Shown one piece after another: positions 17,895-29,600 of a stretch of DNA of 64,000 bases; positions within the stretch are counted from its first letter, which is position 1; each line of letters begins with the position of its first letter. The notes beneath the pieces are model-generated. The model was not told the DNA's origin, searched no databases, and saw only the letters and a program-made list of their open reading frames with translations. The DNA is from an uncultured delta proteobacterium. GTDB lineage: Bacteria; Desulfobacterota; Binatia; Binatales; Binataceae. A program made the position numbers and the translations under genes. The stretch covers positions 2,752,001 to 2,816,000 of the forward strand of contig CAWJET010000001.1 in NCBI GenBank assembly GCA_963842085.1. The letters run 5' to 3'.

Positions 17895-19091
17895 TCAGGT
17901 CGTATATTCCGCGTTGATTCGCACGTAATCGTAGCTCAGGTCGCAAGTCAGAATAGTGGCGGTTGATTTCCCCAACCGCAGATCGAGGCGCACCGCGAAT
18001 TCGCGCGCCTTCATCGCGGCCCCCGCGCCGGGCAGCGCCTCGGTCAGCAGCCGGCCGTGCGCGGCGACCTTCACTCCGCCGATCGACAGTACCAGCTTGT
18101 CGGACTCGACGTAGGCGCCCGACGAGCCCGCGGCCATCAGTATTCGGCCGACATTCGGATCGCATCCGAAGAACGCCGTCTTGACCAGCGGCGAGTTGGC
18201 GATTTGCCGGGCCGCCCGCTCAGCGTCGGCGGGAGTGCGAGCGCCGCGCACCTCGACGGTGACGAGCTTGGTAGCGCCCTCGCCGTCGCGCACGAGTTCG
18301 CGCGCGAGCGCCGCCGAGATTTCCGCGACCGCGCTATCGAACGCAGCCTGATCGCGCGCGCCGAACGCGCGATTTTCCGCGGCGCCGCTCGCCATGATTA
18401 TCACGGTGTCATTGGTCGACATGTCGCCGTCCACGGTGATCGCGTTGAAGCTCTTGGGCAGCGCGGCCTTGAGCGATTTTTTCAGGAAAGAGGGAGCGAT
18501 CATCGCGTCTGTGACCAGATACCCGAGCATCGTCGCCATCTTCGGCGAGATCATGCCGACGCCCTTCACTGCGCCGGCGAGCGTGATGGTCGAGCCTCCG
18601 GCCGTGAAAGTTGTCGAGGCGGTCTTGGCGCGCGTGTCGGTCGTCATGATCGCGTGCGCGAAGTCGGCGAGCCCGTCTTCGCGCAGCGCTCGTACGGCAT
18701 CGGCGGCGCCGCTTTTGAATTTCGCGAGGTCGTAGAGATGGCCGATCACGCCGGTCGAGGATGGCGCGACGAGTTGCGGCGCGCATCCGAGCAGTCGCGC
18801 TACGTGCGCGCATGAATCGCGCGCGAGCCGCGTTCCCGCTTCGCCGGTGAAACTGTTGGCGCATCCCGAGTTCGCGACCACCGCCTGCAAGCGGCCCGCC
18901 TTGACGCGCTCCGCCGTCACATAGACCGGTGCGGCTTTCACGCGATTGGCGCTGAACACCGCGGCTGCGGCGGCCGGGCGATCGGCTGCGATGATGCCCA
19001 GGTCCAGCGCGCCGGCCGTGGTCTTGAGGCCCGCGCTGACGCCGGCGAATCGAAATCCGCGCACGGCGGCGGGCTCGAGTGCGACTTTCAT
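17895..19091 (-). CDS. argJ: Ornithine acetyltransferase ArgJ
   Basis: NSGCANSFTG, STGVIG, IMTTDT, KGVGMISPKMATML, VDGDMSTND, DGEGATK, YVRINAEYTT. Confidence 0.96.
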   Translation of the reverse strand: MKVALEPAAVRGFRFAGVSAGLKTTAGALDLGIIAADRPAAAAAVFSANRVKAAPVYVTAERVKAGRLQAVVANSGCANSFTGEAGTRLARDSCAHVARLLGCAPQLVAPSSTGVIGHLYDLAKFKSGAADAVRALREDGLADFAHAIMTTDTRAKTASTTFTAGGSTITLAGAVKGVGMISPKMATMLGYLVTDAMIAPSFLKKSLKAALPKSFNAITVDGDMSTNDTVIIMASGAAENRAFGARDQAAFDSAVAEISAALARELVRDGEGATKLVTVEVRGARTPADAERAARQIANSPLVKTAFFGCDPNVGRILMAAGSSGAYVESDKLVLSIGGVKVAAHGRLLTEALPGAGAAMKAREFAVRLDLRLGKSTATILTCDLSYDYVRINAEYTT

Positions 19092-19173
19092 CCGGCAGGA
19101 ATCCTCCGTGCGCCGAACTATACGCGGACCGAGGGTGGGTGCAAATGGAAGACTGCCGGGACCCTTCTCGGCG

Positions 19174-21855
<2,682 letters not shown>

Positions 21856-21976
21856 CTTATCTGAGCGATTTATCCGGCAAGTTTGAAGGTTGTGAGCGCG
21901 CCAAATCGATGCGGCGTACAAAGTTTAGCTGGAAATCATCTTATCGTGAAATCGGAAGATTGGAGAGAGGGGCTTG

Positions 21977-22064
21977 CTAACGTTCGATGCGGACGGCGGA
22001 TTCGACTTGCGGGCCGAGAAATCTGCGGCCGACGCGGACGAAGCGGTCCGGCGTCTCGGTGACG
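21977..22064 (-). pseudogene. Orphan duplicate of the murI 3' end
   Basis: Encodes VTETPDRFVRVGRRFLGPQVESAVRIER*, the same as the MurI C-terminus. 21996-22064 is identical to 22717-22785 (69 bp); the last codons differ only synonymously. Confidence 0.93.
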
Positions 22065-22071
22065 CGAAATA

Positions 22072-22329
22072 TCACGCGCGTTTCCGCTGCACCGCGTCTT
22101 CCAGCGCCTGCCGGATGAAGCGCTGATAGGGAACTCCTGCCCTGGCCGCGGAGGCTCTCACTGCGTCGAGCAGCAGCCGTGGCAGGCGCATGTTCACCCG
22201 CTCGCTCTTGGGCTGAAACTCGAAACGGATTGGCCGCATGCCGGACAGATCGTATTCAGTCAGGTCGGCCTTCTCGACAAACTCCTCGGCGCTTTTATCG
22301 CTTTTGAAGCGTGGCAGTTTCTTTTTCAT
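22072..22329 (-). CDS. CopG/BrnA-like ribbon-helix-helix antitoxin
   Basis: LPRFKSD..AEEF...DLTEY, VNMRLP..LLDAVRASA...GVPYQRFIRQALE. Confidence 0.85.
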   Translation of the reverse strand: MKKKLPRFKSDKSAEEFVEKADLTEYDLSGMRPIRFEFQPKSERVNMRLPRLLLDAVRASAARAGVPYQRFIRQALEDAVQRKRA

Positions 22330-22603
22330 AGTGCTCTACCTCCTTATTGTGCATGAAGCGCGCGCTGATTGGTCGCACGAGTCGCTTGCCCCGTCGCGTC
22401 CGCAGAGCGAACACGAGGAAGATCCAGCGATCGTCGTTGCTCTTGCCAATTGCCTTGAACCGTTCCTCGGACTTCGAGTGGAGAGGGTCGGGCAGCACGG
22501 CGATTGAGCCGCGGAAGACGGACTCGATCGCGGCCTGAGAGACGCCGTGCTTTTGGCACTTGGACCGGTTGCCATCGTCCCAATCAAAGCCGGCTATCTC
22601 CAT
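22295..22603 (-). CDS. BrnT family ribonuclease toxin
   Basis: GFDWDDGNRSKCQKHGVS, DPLHS.SEERFKAIG, VRPISARFMH.KE; overlaps the antitoxin. Confidence 0.9.
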   Translation of the reverse strand: MEIAGFDWDDGNRSKCQKHGVSQAAIESVFRGSIAVLPDPLHSKSEERFKAIGKSNDDRWIFLVFALRTRRGKRLVRPISARFMHNKEVEHYEKETATLQKR

Positions 22604-22630
22604 CGGAGCGCTAACCAAAAGGCGTAATTA

Positions 22631-22660
22631 AGTATGGACCGTTGTACAGCCATTCGTCAA
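22631..22660 (-). promoter_or_regulatory. Sigma70-like promoter of the BrnT/BrnA operon
   Basis: Minus strand TTGACG-N18-CATACT about 28 bp upstream of the toxin ATG. Confidence 0.5.
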
Positions 22661-22697
22661 CCGTGAACCGTGCGTACGATTCGTCGACGATCGCTAT

Positions 22698-23564
22698 CTA
22701 GCGCTCGATCCTCACCGCGGATTCGACTTGCGGGCCGAGAAATCTGCGGCCGACGCGGACGAAGCGGTCCGGCGTCTCGGTGACGAAGAAACTCTGGCTG
22801 CCATCGCCGCCGCGCCGAGCGAGCTTGAGCGTCCGCAGCCGTTCGCGCACTTCGGCTGCGGTCGCCGTCGCCGAGTCCACGATCTTCACGCGGGGCCCAA
22901 GGATTAGCGCGAACATATCGCGCAGCAGCGGGTAGTGCGTGCATCCCAATAGTAACGTGTCGATGCCGCTCTGCTTGAGACTCTCCAGGTAGTGGGCGAC
23001 GGTCAGTTCCGCGACCGCATTGTCGGTCCATCCTTCTTCGGCCAGCGGCACCAGCAGCGGGCATGCGCGCGTGTAGATTTCGGCGCGTGCGCTGAGCCGC
23101 TGGATCGCGCGGGTGTAGGCGCCTGACGCGATCGTCGCCTCGGTGCCGATCACGCCGATCTTGCCGATGCGCGAGGCCCGGGCCGCCGCGCGTGCGCCCG
23201 GCTCGATCACACCGATAACCGGGACCATCGTGTCAGAGGCGATCGCGTCGAGCGCGACTGCGCTGGAGGTGTTGCAGGCGACCACCAGCATTTTGATTCC
23301 CTTGGCGAGCAGGAATCCGGTGTTCTCTTTCGAGTAACGGACGATGACCTCGTTGGATTTCGTGCCGTACGGCAGGCGCGCCGTGTCGCCGAGGTAGATG
23401 AAGTCTTCGTTGGGCAGGGCCGCGGTCAGCGCTTTCAGGACCGTGAGTCCGCCGATGCCCGAATCGAACACGCCGATCGGCCGGTCGATTGCCGCGCGTG
23501 CGCCGCGCAGAAGTCCGTTCGAAGCGGCGATCGAATTTGATCGAGTTTTTCTGCGCGTAGGCAT
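22698..23564 (-). CDS. murI: Glutamate racemase
   Basis: IGVFDSGIGGLTV, DTARLPYGTKS, VACNT, LGCTHYP. Confidence 0.97.
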   Translation of the reverse strand: MPTRRKTRSNSIAASNGLLRGARAAIDRPIGVFDSGIGGLTVLKALTAALPNEDFIYLGDTARLPYGTKSNEVIVRYSKENTGFLLAKGIKMLVVACNTSSAVALDAIASDTMVPVIGVIEPGARAAARASRIGKIGVIGTEATIASGAYTRAIQRLSARAEIYTRACPLLVPLAEEGWTDNAVAELTVAHYLESLKQSGIDTLLLGCTHYPLLRDMFALILGPRVKIVDSATATAAEVRERLRTLKLARRGGDGSQSFFVTETPDRFVRVGRRFLGPQVESAVRIER

Positions 23565-23576
23565 CTTATCCGCGCG

Positions 23577-24665
23577 CTAGCGCTGGCCGATTGTAGCCGC
23601 TCGCGCTGGCTCTGCGCCAAAGACGTGTTGGTGGACGCTGGCCGGTTCCATGCACAGGTAGGCGGGAATTTCCGCGCCGGCTTTTTTGAAACGATCCGCA
23701 AGCGTGCGGTAAAGACTTAAGCGCAGCGGAGTAAAGGCCCGAAAACGGCCGTCGGCGGCGAGTACGTCCTCGCCGCATAGCATCGGATCGTCGGGGAAAC
23801 GGCCGCGCGCGATGCCGCGCAATCGCGGCGTCATCCGGAGCCCGCCCATGCTGATGAACGAGATCTGTTTCGCCGGAATAATGTCGAGCAGCTCGTCGAT
23901 CAAGCGCAAATAGTCGCGCTCCGCCCCGGGATAGGCGATCAGCGGATCAAAATGGAACGCGACGCGGTAGCCGGCGTCGAGCACGGCGCGCGCCGCCGCG
24001 ATTCGCGCAGAGGGCGCGGCGGTAAGATGCTCCGAGCTGCGGTATACGGCGTCGGGCGACAAGGTCCACGAGACAAGCACGCGGCCGCGCGGGTCCATGC
24101 TGAGAAGATTTTCGATTTCGTCGGTCTTGGTCTTGAGCTCGAGCGTGAGATTTTCGCGGGCGGCAAAGAAATCGATCAGATCCCGGCTGACCGAGGTAAT
24201 CGAGTCGAACGCGAGCGAATCCGCCAGCTCGCCGGTGCCGACGCGGAAGCTGCGCCCACGCGCGTTGTGGCAGAGCCGGTCGAGCTCGTCGAACGAGTCG
24301 GCGAAATTCGCATAAACCTGGAAGGCGGGATTGTCCGCGAGATATTCCTGCAGAAAGCAGTACGTGCAATCCATCGGGCAGTTAGACGCCAGCGTGAGCA
24401 CCAGGTATCCGCAGCAGGCGAATTTCGAGGAACCCGCCGGACACGGCATCAGGAACGGGGTCTTGCGGCGCGCGATCACGAGGCGGCGCTTGCCTGCCCC
24501 GAACGGATCGGGCACGCCGGATGCGGGCCGGGCGGCCTCTCGCGTGTCGTTGTCGGCGAGATGCGTCACGGGCACCTCGCGCGGAAGCGCGCGCAGGATG
24601 CGAGTCGCCAGCGTGGAGTTGGCGCATCCGTGTTCGACGAAAACGGCGTCGAGATCGAATTTCAT
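23577..24665 (-). CDS. Spore photoproduct lyase-family radical SAM protein
   Basis: NCPMDCTYCFLQ (CxxxCxxC), GELADSL, LELKTK, SWTLSP, RIAAA....AGY.VAFHFDP. Confidence 0.85.
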   Translation of the reverse strand: MKFDLDAVFVEHGCANSTLATRILRALPREVPVTHLADNDTREAARPASGVPDPFGAGKRRLVIARRKTPFLMPCPAGSSKFACCGYLVLTLASNCPMDCTYCFLQEYLADNPAFQVYANFADSFDELDRLCHNARGRSFRVGTGELADSLAFDSITSVSRDLIDFFAARENLTLELKTKTDEIENLLSMDPRGRVLVSWTLSPDAVYRSSEHLTAAPSARIAAARAVLDAGYRVAFHFDPLIAYPGAERDYLRLIDELLDIIPAKQISFISMGGLRMTPRLRGIARGRFPDDPMLCGEDVLAADGRFRAFTPLRLSLYRTLADRFKKAGAEIPAYLCMEPASVHQHVFGAEPARAATIGQR

Positions 24666-24692
24666 TTTTTCACTCTTTTATTCTTTCACGCT

Positions 24693-25229
24693 TCACTTCT
24701 TACCGCCCAGCATTCCAATAATCCGCGTCAATCCCGGGCGCGAGCGATCGAGTGCGTCGAGCAGATGCGCCAGTTCGGCGCTGCTTCGCACCCGAAGCGA
24801 AACCGTGAGCTCATCAGAGCCAAGCTCTTTGGGCAAGTCCAGCGAAATCCCGCGCGGTAGCTTCAGCGCGGAAATCTCAGAGCGCAACTGCTCCTGCATT
24901 TTTTTTAAGAGAGGGTAGCGAAGCGTTCGCAGCGCCTCCAGGAGTGCGCTGGCACGCGACGGGGCGGAACCGGGGCCGCCAGCAATACGCCGGATTTCGG
25001 GGCGGTCGAGAACGGCGGCTACTGTGACATGCTCGCGCACGGCGATTTCCTCGAGTGTGTCGAGGGCCGTTACCAATTGACCGGTGCGCAGACGCAGTAC
25101 GCGCGCGATATGGAGCAGCGCGCCGCGCGATGAGATATCCATCGCGAGCCATCGCGCAAGATGGCTCGGCGGCAGCCGCCGCCCGGCAGCGAGCATCCGA
25201 ATCTGTGCGTCGACCTCGTCAGCATTCAT
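24693..25229 (-). CDS. Helical protein resembling the C-terminal part of ParB-like proteins found beside SPL-like genes
   Basis: EALRTLRYPLL...ALKLPRGISL motif; start overlaps the GT2 stop. Family assignment is from memory. Confidence 0.5.
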   Translation of the reverse strand: MNADEVDAQIRMLAAGRRLPPSHLARWLAMDISSRGALLHIARVLRLRTGQLVTALDTLEEIAVREHVTVAAVLDRPEIRRIAGGPGSAPSRASALLEALRTLRYPLLKKMQEQLRSEISALKLPRGISLDLPKELGSDELTVSLRVRSSAELAHLLDALDRSRPGLTRIIGMLGGKK

Positions 25230-26127
25230 GTGAAATTTCGCGAAGCATGGAGCGCATCGACTCGATCGCGCATCCGATTTCAGGAACAGCGCCAGTGTCC
25301 CAGCCGCGCGCACGATCGGCGACCCATTCGTACCGCCGAGCTTCTTTGATTCTGCCTCGTCGCACGAGGCCGCCCGCGTAGATGCGGCACTTCTCGGCGA
25401 GCACTTCGACGACCGCAGTTCGGCGCGCCGGCGAAAGCCGATCGTCCGCGAGCAATTTCGTTAGCGCGAGGATGCGGAAGCGATCGAGCGCGGGAGTCGT
25501 CGCCGAGGTTTGATCGTGATGCCCGCCGCGGCGCGTCACCAGCGGCTCGTCGAGCAGGTAGGCTTCGTGGTCGATTAGAATTCGCAGCCACAAGTCGTAG
25601 TCCTCGGCGGCGGTCATGATCTCGTCGAAGCCGCCGAGCGAGCGGAACAGCTCGGTGCGCATCATCACCGACGACATGCTGATCAGGCAGGTGCGGAGCG
25701 AGTCGATGAAAATATCGCCGGCGCGCTTGCGATGGCGCAATCCGGGATTCACGCGGCGTCCGTTGCGGATCCAGATTTCGTTGGTTTGCGAGATCGCGCA
25801 GCCGGGATTCGCGCGCATGAACGCGAACTGGCGTTCGAGCTTGGTCGGCGACCAGAGATCGTCGGAATCGAGGAACGCAATCAGCGGCCCGCGCGCAATT
25901 GCGACGCCACGGTTTCGCGCCGCCGCAGGACCGCGATGCTCGATGCGCTCGATCCGGATCGTTTTGTCGAAGCGCGTCAGTTGCTCGGCCGTTCCATCGG
26001 TCGAGCCGTCGTCGACGACGATCAACTCGAACGCGCGGGACGTCTGCGCGAGCACGGAGTCGATCGCCTCGCGCAGCATCGCGCATCGATTATACGTCGG
26101 GATGATTACTGAGACTTCGGGAGTCAT
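25219..26127 (-). CDS. Glycosyltransferase family 2
   Basis: VSVIIPTYNR, VVDDGSTDGT, AARNRG, AFLDSDD, GGFDE, EDYDLWLR; ATGA overlap with engB. Confidence 0.93.
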   Translation of the reverse strand: MTPEVSVIIPTYNRCAMLREAIDSVLAQTSRAFELIVVDDGSTDGTAEQLTRFDKTIRIERIEHRGPAAARNRGVAIARGPLIAFLDSDDLWSPTKLERQFAFMRANPGCAISQTNEIWIRNGRRVNPGLRHRKRAGDIFIDSLRTCLISMSSVMMRTELFRSLGGFDEIMTAAEDYDLWLRILIDHEAYLLDEPLVTRRGGHHDQTSATTPALDRFRILALTKLLADDRLSPARRTAVVEVLAEKCRIYAGGLVRRGRIKEARRYEWVADRARGWDTGAVPEIGCAIESMRSMLREISHEC

Positions 26128-26723
26128 CGCGCCTCCGCGCGTTTGACGTGGTCGGCGTGATCGACAGCAAGGATTCGCCGGCGCAGCTCGTCGATTCCCT
26201 CGCCGGAAGTTGCCGAGGATAAAATCGGCGCCACGCGCATCGCGTCGAAGCGTTTGAGCGCGGCAGCGCGCTCCGAGCGGCGCAACTTGTCGCACTTGGT
26301 CGCGACCGGAATCACTTCGATGTCGCGCTCCATAGCCATCGCCGCCAGCTCTAGTTCGTCGTGGTGAGGCCCGCGGCGGCAATCGATCAGAATCGCGATA
26401 GCGGCAAGATTGACGCGCTCGTGGATGTATTCGTGCATCATCGACGCGATTTTCGCGGCGTCCTCGTGACTCATTTTCGCGTAGCCGAAACCCGGGAGAT
26501 CGCACAGCGCGAGCGTGTCGCCGACCGCGAAGAAGTTGAGGCATCGCGTGCGGCCCGGAGTTTTGCTCGTGCGCGCGAGACCCTTAACTCCGGCGAGCGC
26601 GTTGAGCAACGAGCTCTTGCCGACGTTGGAGCGGCCAGCGAGCGCGACCTCCGCCCGTTTCCATCGCGGGCATCCGTCGAGCGCGAATGCGGACGTTACG
26701 AACTCTGCCGTGAAGCGAATCAT
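26124..26723 (-). CDS. engB: Ribosome biogenesis GTPase EngB/YihA/YsxC
   Basis: GRSNVGKSSLLN, SKTPGRT, DLPGFGYA, TKCDK. Confidence 0.96.
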   Translation of the reverse strand: MIRFTAEFVTSAFALDGCPRWKRAEVALAGRSNVGKSSLLNALAGVKGLARTSKTPGRTRCLNFFAVGDTLALCDLPGFGYAKMSHEDAAKIASMMHEYIHERVNLAAIAILIDCRRGPHHDELELAAMAMERDIEVIPVATKCDKLRRSERAAALKRFDAMRVAPILSSATSGEGIDELRRRILAVDHADHVKRAEAR

Positions 26724-26736
26724 GTCGAGCGGCGGT

Positions 26737-27093
26737 TCAGCCGGCGAGCTCGATACGCGGCGAGACGACCGTGGTCGCCTGAGAATCGAGACGCGCCAGT
26801 TCTGCCGTGAGTGCGCTGCGAAACTCGCGCAACTTGATGCCGCGATGGCGGTCGGGATAGCGCGCGAGGAATTTCAGCGCGGCGCGCAGATGCAATCGAG
26901 CGCTGGACAGTTCGCCGTCGCGAAGCTTGTGATTGGCGACCGACGCGCGCAACAGGCCGAGGCAGAAATCCCAATCGCCGGTATCATCATTGAGCAGGTT
27001 CATCGCATCTTCCATCGCTTCATGCGCTTCGAAAAACTCGCCGCGATTGAACAGCTCGACGCCGAGGGCGAGCTGCGCGTCAATTTCGTTCAT
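26737..27093 (-). CDS. DUF309 family protein
   Basis: GVELFNRGEFFEAHEAMED...GLL..SVA.H. Confidence 0.85.
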   Translation of the reverse strand: MNEIDAQLALGVELFNRGEFFEAHEAMEDAMNLLNDDTGDWDFCLGLLRASVANHKLRDGELSSARLHLRAALKFLARYPDRHRGIKLREFRSALTAELARLDSQATTVVSPRIELAG

Positions 27094-27125
27094 GCTGATG
27101 CTCGCGCCGCAACTGCCGCCGCCGC

Positions 27126-27722
27126 TCAAGGCTCGTCGTCGCTGTCGGCCTGGTCGGCGGTCTTGATGTTGAGCGCGCTCTTCAAGCTTTCGAGCTGTGC
27201 GACAAAAATGCTGCGAATGACCTGCTTGATGATGCCGTCGGGGACGGGAATCGACTGCAGCATATGGGTGGTCTGGTGGTAGTCGATAAACGTGCTCGCG
27301 CCTTCATCGCTGAGCTGGTACGCGGCCTGAGTATCGAGCATCGGATTGTTGACCGTGTGATAGACGATCTTCTTGTCGTCGGGCAGGTACTCGAACGCGA
27401 GCTCGGTGGTGATCGTTTGTCCGCCTGGTCCCGCGATATCCATGTCGACGGTCTTTTCATTTCCGCTCTGGGACACGACGCGCACCGACTTGACCTGGGC
27501 GTTGTGCGTGTTTTCGACATTGCGAATCGTGTCGAACACAGTTTGCTCCGGCGCCGGAATGCGCGCGGTGAAATCGGCCTTCCACACATCGCCGTCGTGC
27601 GTGATGTTCTCCGTCAGCAGGCCGGCCTGCCGCGCACGACGCAACTGATAGTAGTGCCATCCGACGATCGCAACGACCGCGATGACGATCACTCCAGCCA
27701 GGATTCTGACAACCGTCTTCAT
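27126..27722 (-). CDS. Membrane-anchored SRPBCC/START-like protein
   Basis: N-terminal TM, IPAPEQTVFD..., C-terminal helix LESLKSAL. Confidence 0.6.
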   Translation of the reverse strand: MKTVVRILAGVIVIAVVAIVGWHYYQLRRARQAGLLTENITHDGDVWKADFTARIPAPEQTVFDTIRNVENTHNAQVKSVRVVSQSGNEKTVDMDIAGPGGQTITTELAFEYLPDDKKIVYHTVNNPMLDTQAAYQLSDEGASTFIDYHQTTHMLQSIPVPDGIIKQVIRSIFVAQLESLKSALNIKTADQADSDDEP

Positions 27723-27740
27723 CGATGAACCGTTTTCACC

Positions 27741-28295
27741 TTATCGTTGGAACGTGCCGACCAATTCCGCGGTGGCGATCACGTGACCCTTCATCGCGGA
27801 CCGCACGGCGTCAGCGTCGGCATTGTCACCGGGAGTCAGCATCGAGTCGAGCGCGTAGAGATGAAAATGATAGTGATGCGTCTTCCCCGGCGGCGGACAC
27901 GGTCCATTGTAGCCGATATGATCGAAGGCGTTGATTCCGTTTTTTCCGCCACCTGCGATTTCCTCGGTTTGTGGCAAGCCTGAGGGCAGCGAAGTTACCT
28001 GAGGCGGAATATTGTACGCTACCCAATGAATAAATGTTCCACCGGGTGCGTCGGGATCATCAACGACGAGAGCAAACGATTTCGTCGATTGCGGCGGGTT
28101 GCTCCATTGGAGCGCGGGAGAACGATCGGCGCCGGTGCAAGTGAAATCATCGGCAATTGTGGCTCCGGGAGCGAACGACGGACTGGTCAGGGTTAATTGG
28201 GCTTGGGCCGGACGGGCATAAAGGACTAAAATACAGCTTAGCGCAATTGAAATTCGGTGGAGATTTGGCATACTTATGATCATTTCAAGGCTCAC
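27741..28295 (-). CDS. YbhB/YbcL (PEBP/RKIP-like) exported protein
   Basis: SPALQW, DDPDAPGGTFIHWV, YNGPCPP..HHYHFHLYALD. Confidence 0.93.
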   Translation of the reverse strand: MSLEMIISMPNLHRISIALSCILVLYARPAQAQLTLTSPSFAPGATIADDFTCTGADRSPALQWSNPPQSTKSFALVVDDPDAPGGTFIHWVAYNIPPQVTSLPSGLPQTEEIAGGGKNGINAFDHIGYNGPCPPPGKTHHYHFHLYALDSMLTPGDNADADAVRSAMKGHVIATAELVGTFQR

Positions 28296-28561
28296 AGGCG
28301 CTGTTTAGAGCTTTGACGTGCATTTTGTATCGAAATCTCTGCTAAATTGAGTGACTTCGGACATAATCAAATCGTAAAAAATGGCGGAAAGTATCAGGAA
28401 TCCTCTTAGGTTGCTCTTGACCTTCGGCGACGATTTTGAGACCTTCAAAGAGACTCATGGTGGGCGTAAGGGGCGGATGTACCATCATTTGAACGATGCG
28501 AAAAAAGGCATCAAATCCAGGGAGTAGGCGGCAGACGGGACTTACGTTACCGGGAGATATC

Positions 28562-28783
28562 ATGGCTAGTGAAACAAAGTATAGCTTGCCGCGCGTGATG
28601 ACGGTCAAGGAATTGTCCGAATACCTGCGCGTGCATCCATCGACAATCTACAAGCTGCTCCGTCGTGGAGAGCTGCCGGGCTTCAGGATCGGCACCGACT
28701 GGCGTTTCAACGCCGAGGTGATCGACCGTTGGTGTCTGGAGCGAAACATGAAAGCTCCCGACGGCTCGTCCAGCCAGAACTGA
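28562..28783 (+). CDS. HTH_17 (excisionase/BldC-like) small DNA-binding protein
   Basis: MTVKELSEYLRVHPSTIYKLLRRGELPGFRIGTDWRF; GGAG RBS upstream. Confidence 0.88.
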   Translation: MASETKYSLPRVMTVKELSEYLRVHPSTIYKLLRRGELPGFRIGTDWRFNAEVIDRWCLERNMKAPDGSSSQN

Positions 28784-28952
28784 CACACGCGAACATAAAG
28801 TCGCCTGCGCTTCGGAGGCGGCCCGGCACGAATGCGGAGCAGTCTCCGCTGCCTGACACACGCGCTTCAATCGACGCGCGCAACAATCGGCTCGCGCTTC
28901 ATCTCGCCCTTGACCTGGGCACCCGCGGTGCCTCACCATACCGATCGTTCAG

Positions 28953-29600
28953 ATGATATCACCAGTTCGCAAGAACGCGACGCCGGCACCGCAGCAGACG
29001 CGCCGGCGCGGCTCGCTCGACCAGGTGTTGATCGACGCGGCGATGGATCTGTTCGCATCGTACGGATACCGCGGCACCTCGCTGGCGCGAATTGCGCGCG
29101 CGGCGGGCGTCACCAAGGGTGCGCTGTATTGGCATTTCACCGACAAGGAAGAATTTTTCATCGCGGTCGTGGCCAAGGTGCTCGGCGAATGGGAGCTGAT
29201 ATTCGAGAAATCGGCGCATGCCTCCAACGCGGTCGAGTTCCGCGCGGAGTTCGGTCGGATGTTCGACACGATGGCTGCGCTCAACGAGAAAAATCCTTGG
29301 GTCAGCCGGCTGCTGCTGATCATCGCGCTCGAGTCGCACAAGATCGGGCCGCGGGTGCTGCGCTCGATGCGCAAGGCGAACCTGCATGGAATCGCGAGCT
29401 TTCGCGAGCTGGTCGAGCACGGGCAGCGGTTGGGGATTTTTGACGCGGAGCTCGATCCGGGCTGGGCGGCGACCCAGATTTTCTCGAGCTACCTGGGACT
29501 CGCGATGCTCTGGTATCTGCACGGGCCGCGCTTCGATTTGCGCCGCTCGCTGCGCCGCCAGGCGCGCGAGTTCATGCGCCAATGGAGCATCGCCAAATGA
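28953..29600 (+). CDS. TetR/AcrR family regulator
   Basis: AAMDLFASYGYRGTSLARIARAAGVTKGALYWHFTDKEE. Confidence 0.93.
   Translation: MISPVRKNATPAPQQTRRRGSLDQVLIDAAMDLFASYGYRGTSLARIARAAGVTKGALYWHFTDKEEFFIAVVAKVLGEWELIFEKSAHASNAVEFRAEFGRMFDTMAALNEKNPWVSRLLLIIALESHKIGPRVLRSMRKANLHGIASFRELVEHGQRLGIFDAELDPGWAATQIFSSYLGLAMLWYLHGPRFDLRRSLRRQAREFMRQWSIAK

Larger units (their letters stand above)
21996..22785. mobile_element. 721-bp TA islet bounded by 69-bp perfect direct repeats in the murI 3' end
   Basis: Direct repeats 21996-22064 and 22717-22785 (offset 721) enclose only a promoter and a BrnT/BrnA-like pair; no recombinase gene. Confidence 0.75.

Noticed and set aside
21996-22064. Assembly artefact as the cause of the 69-bp repeat
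   Set aside because: The adjoining codons differ only synonymously between copies, which a misjoin would not produce; read confirmation is still advisable.
23566-23590. Possible one-base frameshift at the radical SAM C-terminus (GQR* versus GQRLARG*)
   Set aside because: Would change only four terminal residues; cannot be supported without reads or homologues.
28562-28783. Prophage or ICE inferred from excisionase-like genes (also 62179-62424)
   Set aside because: No integrase, phage or conjugation genes and no tRNA att site nearby.
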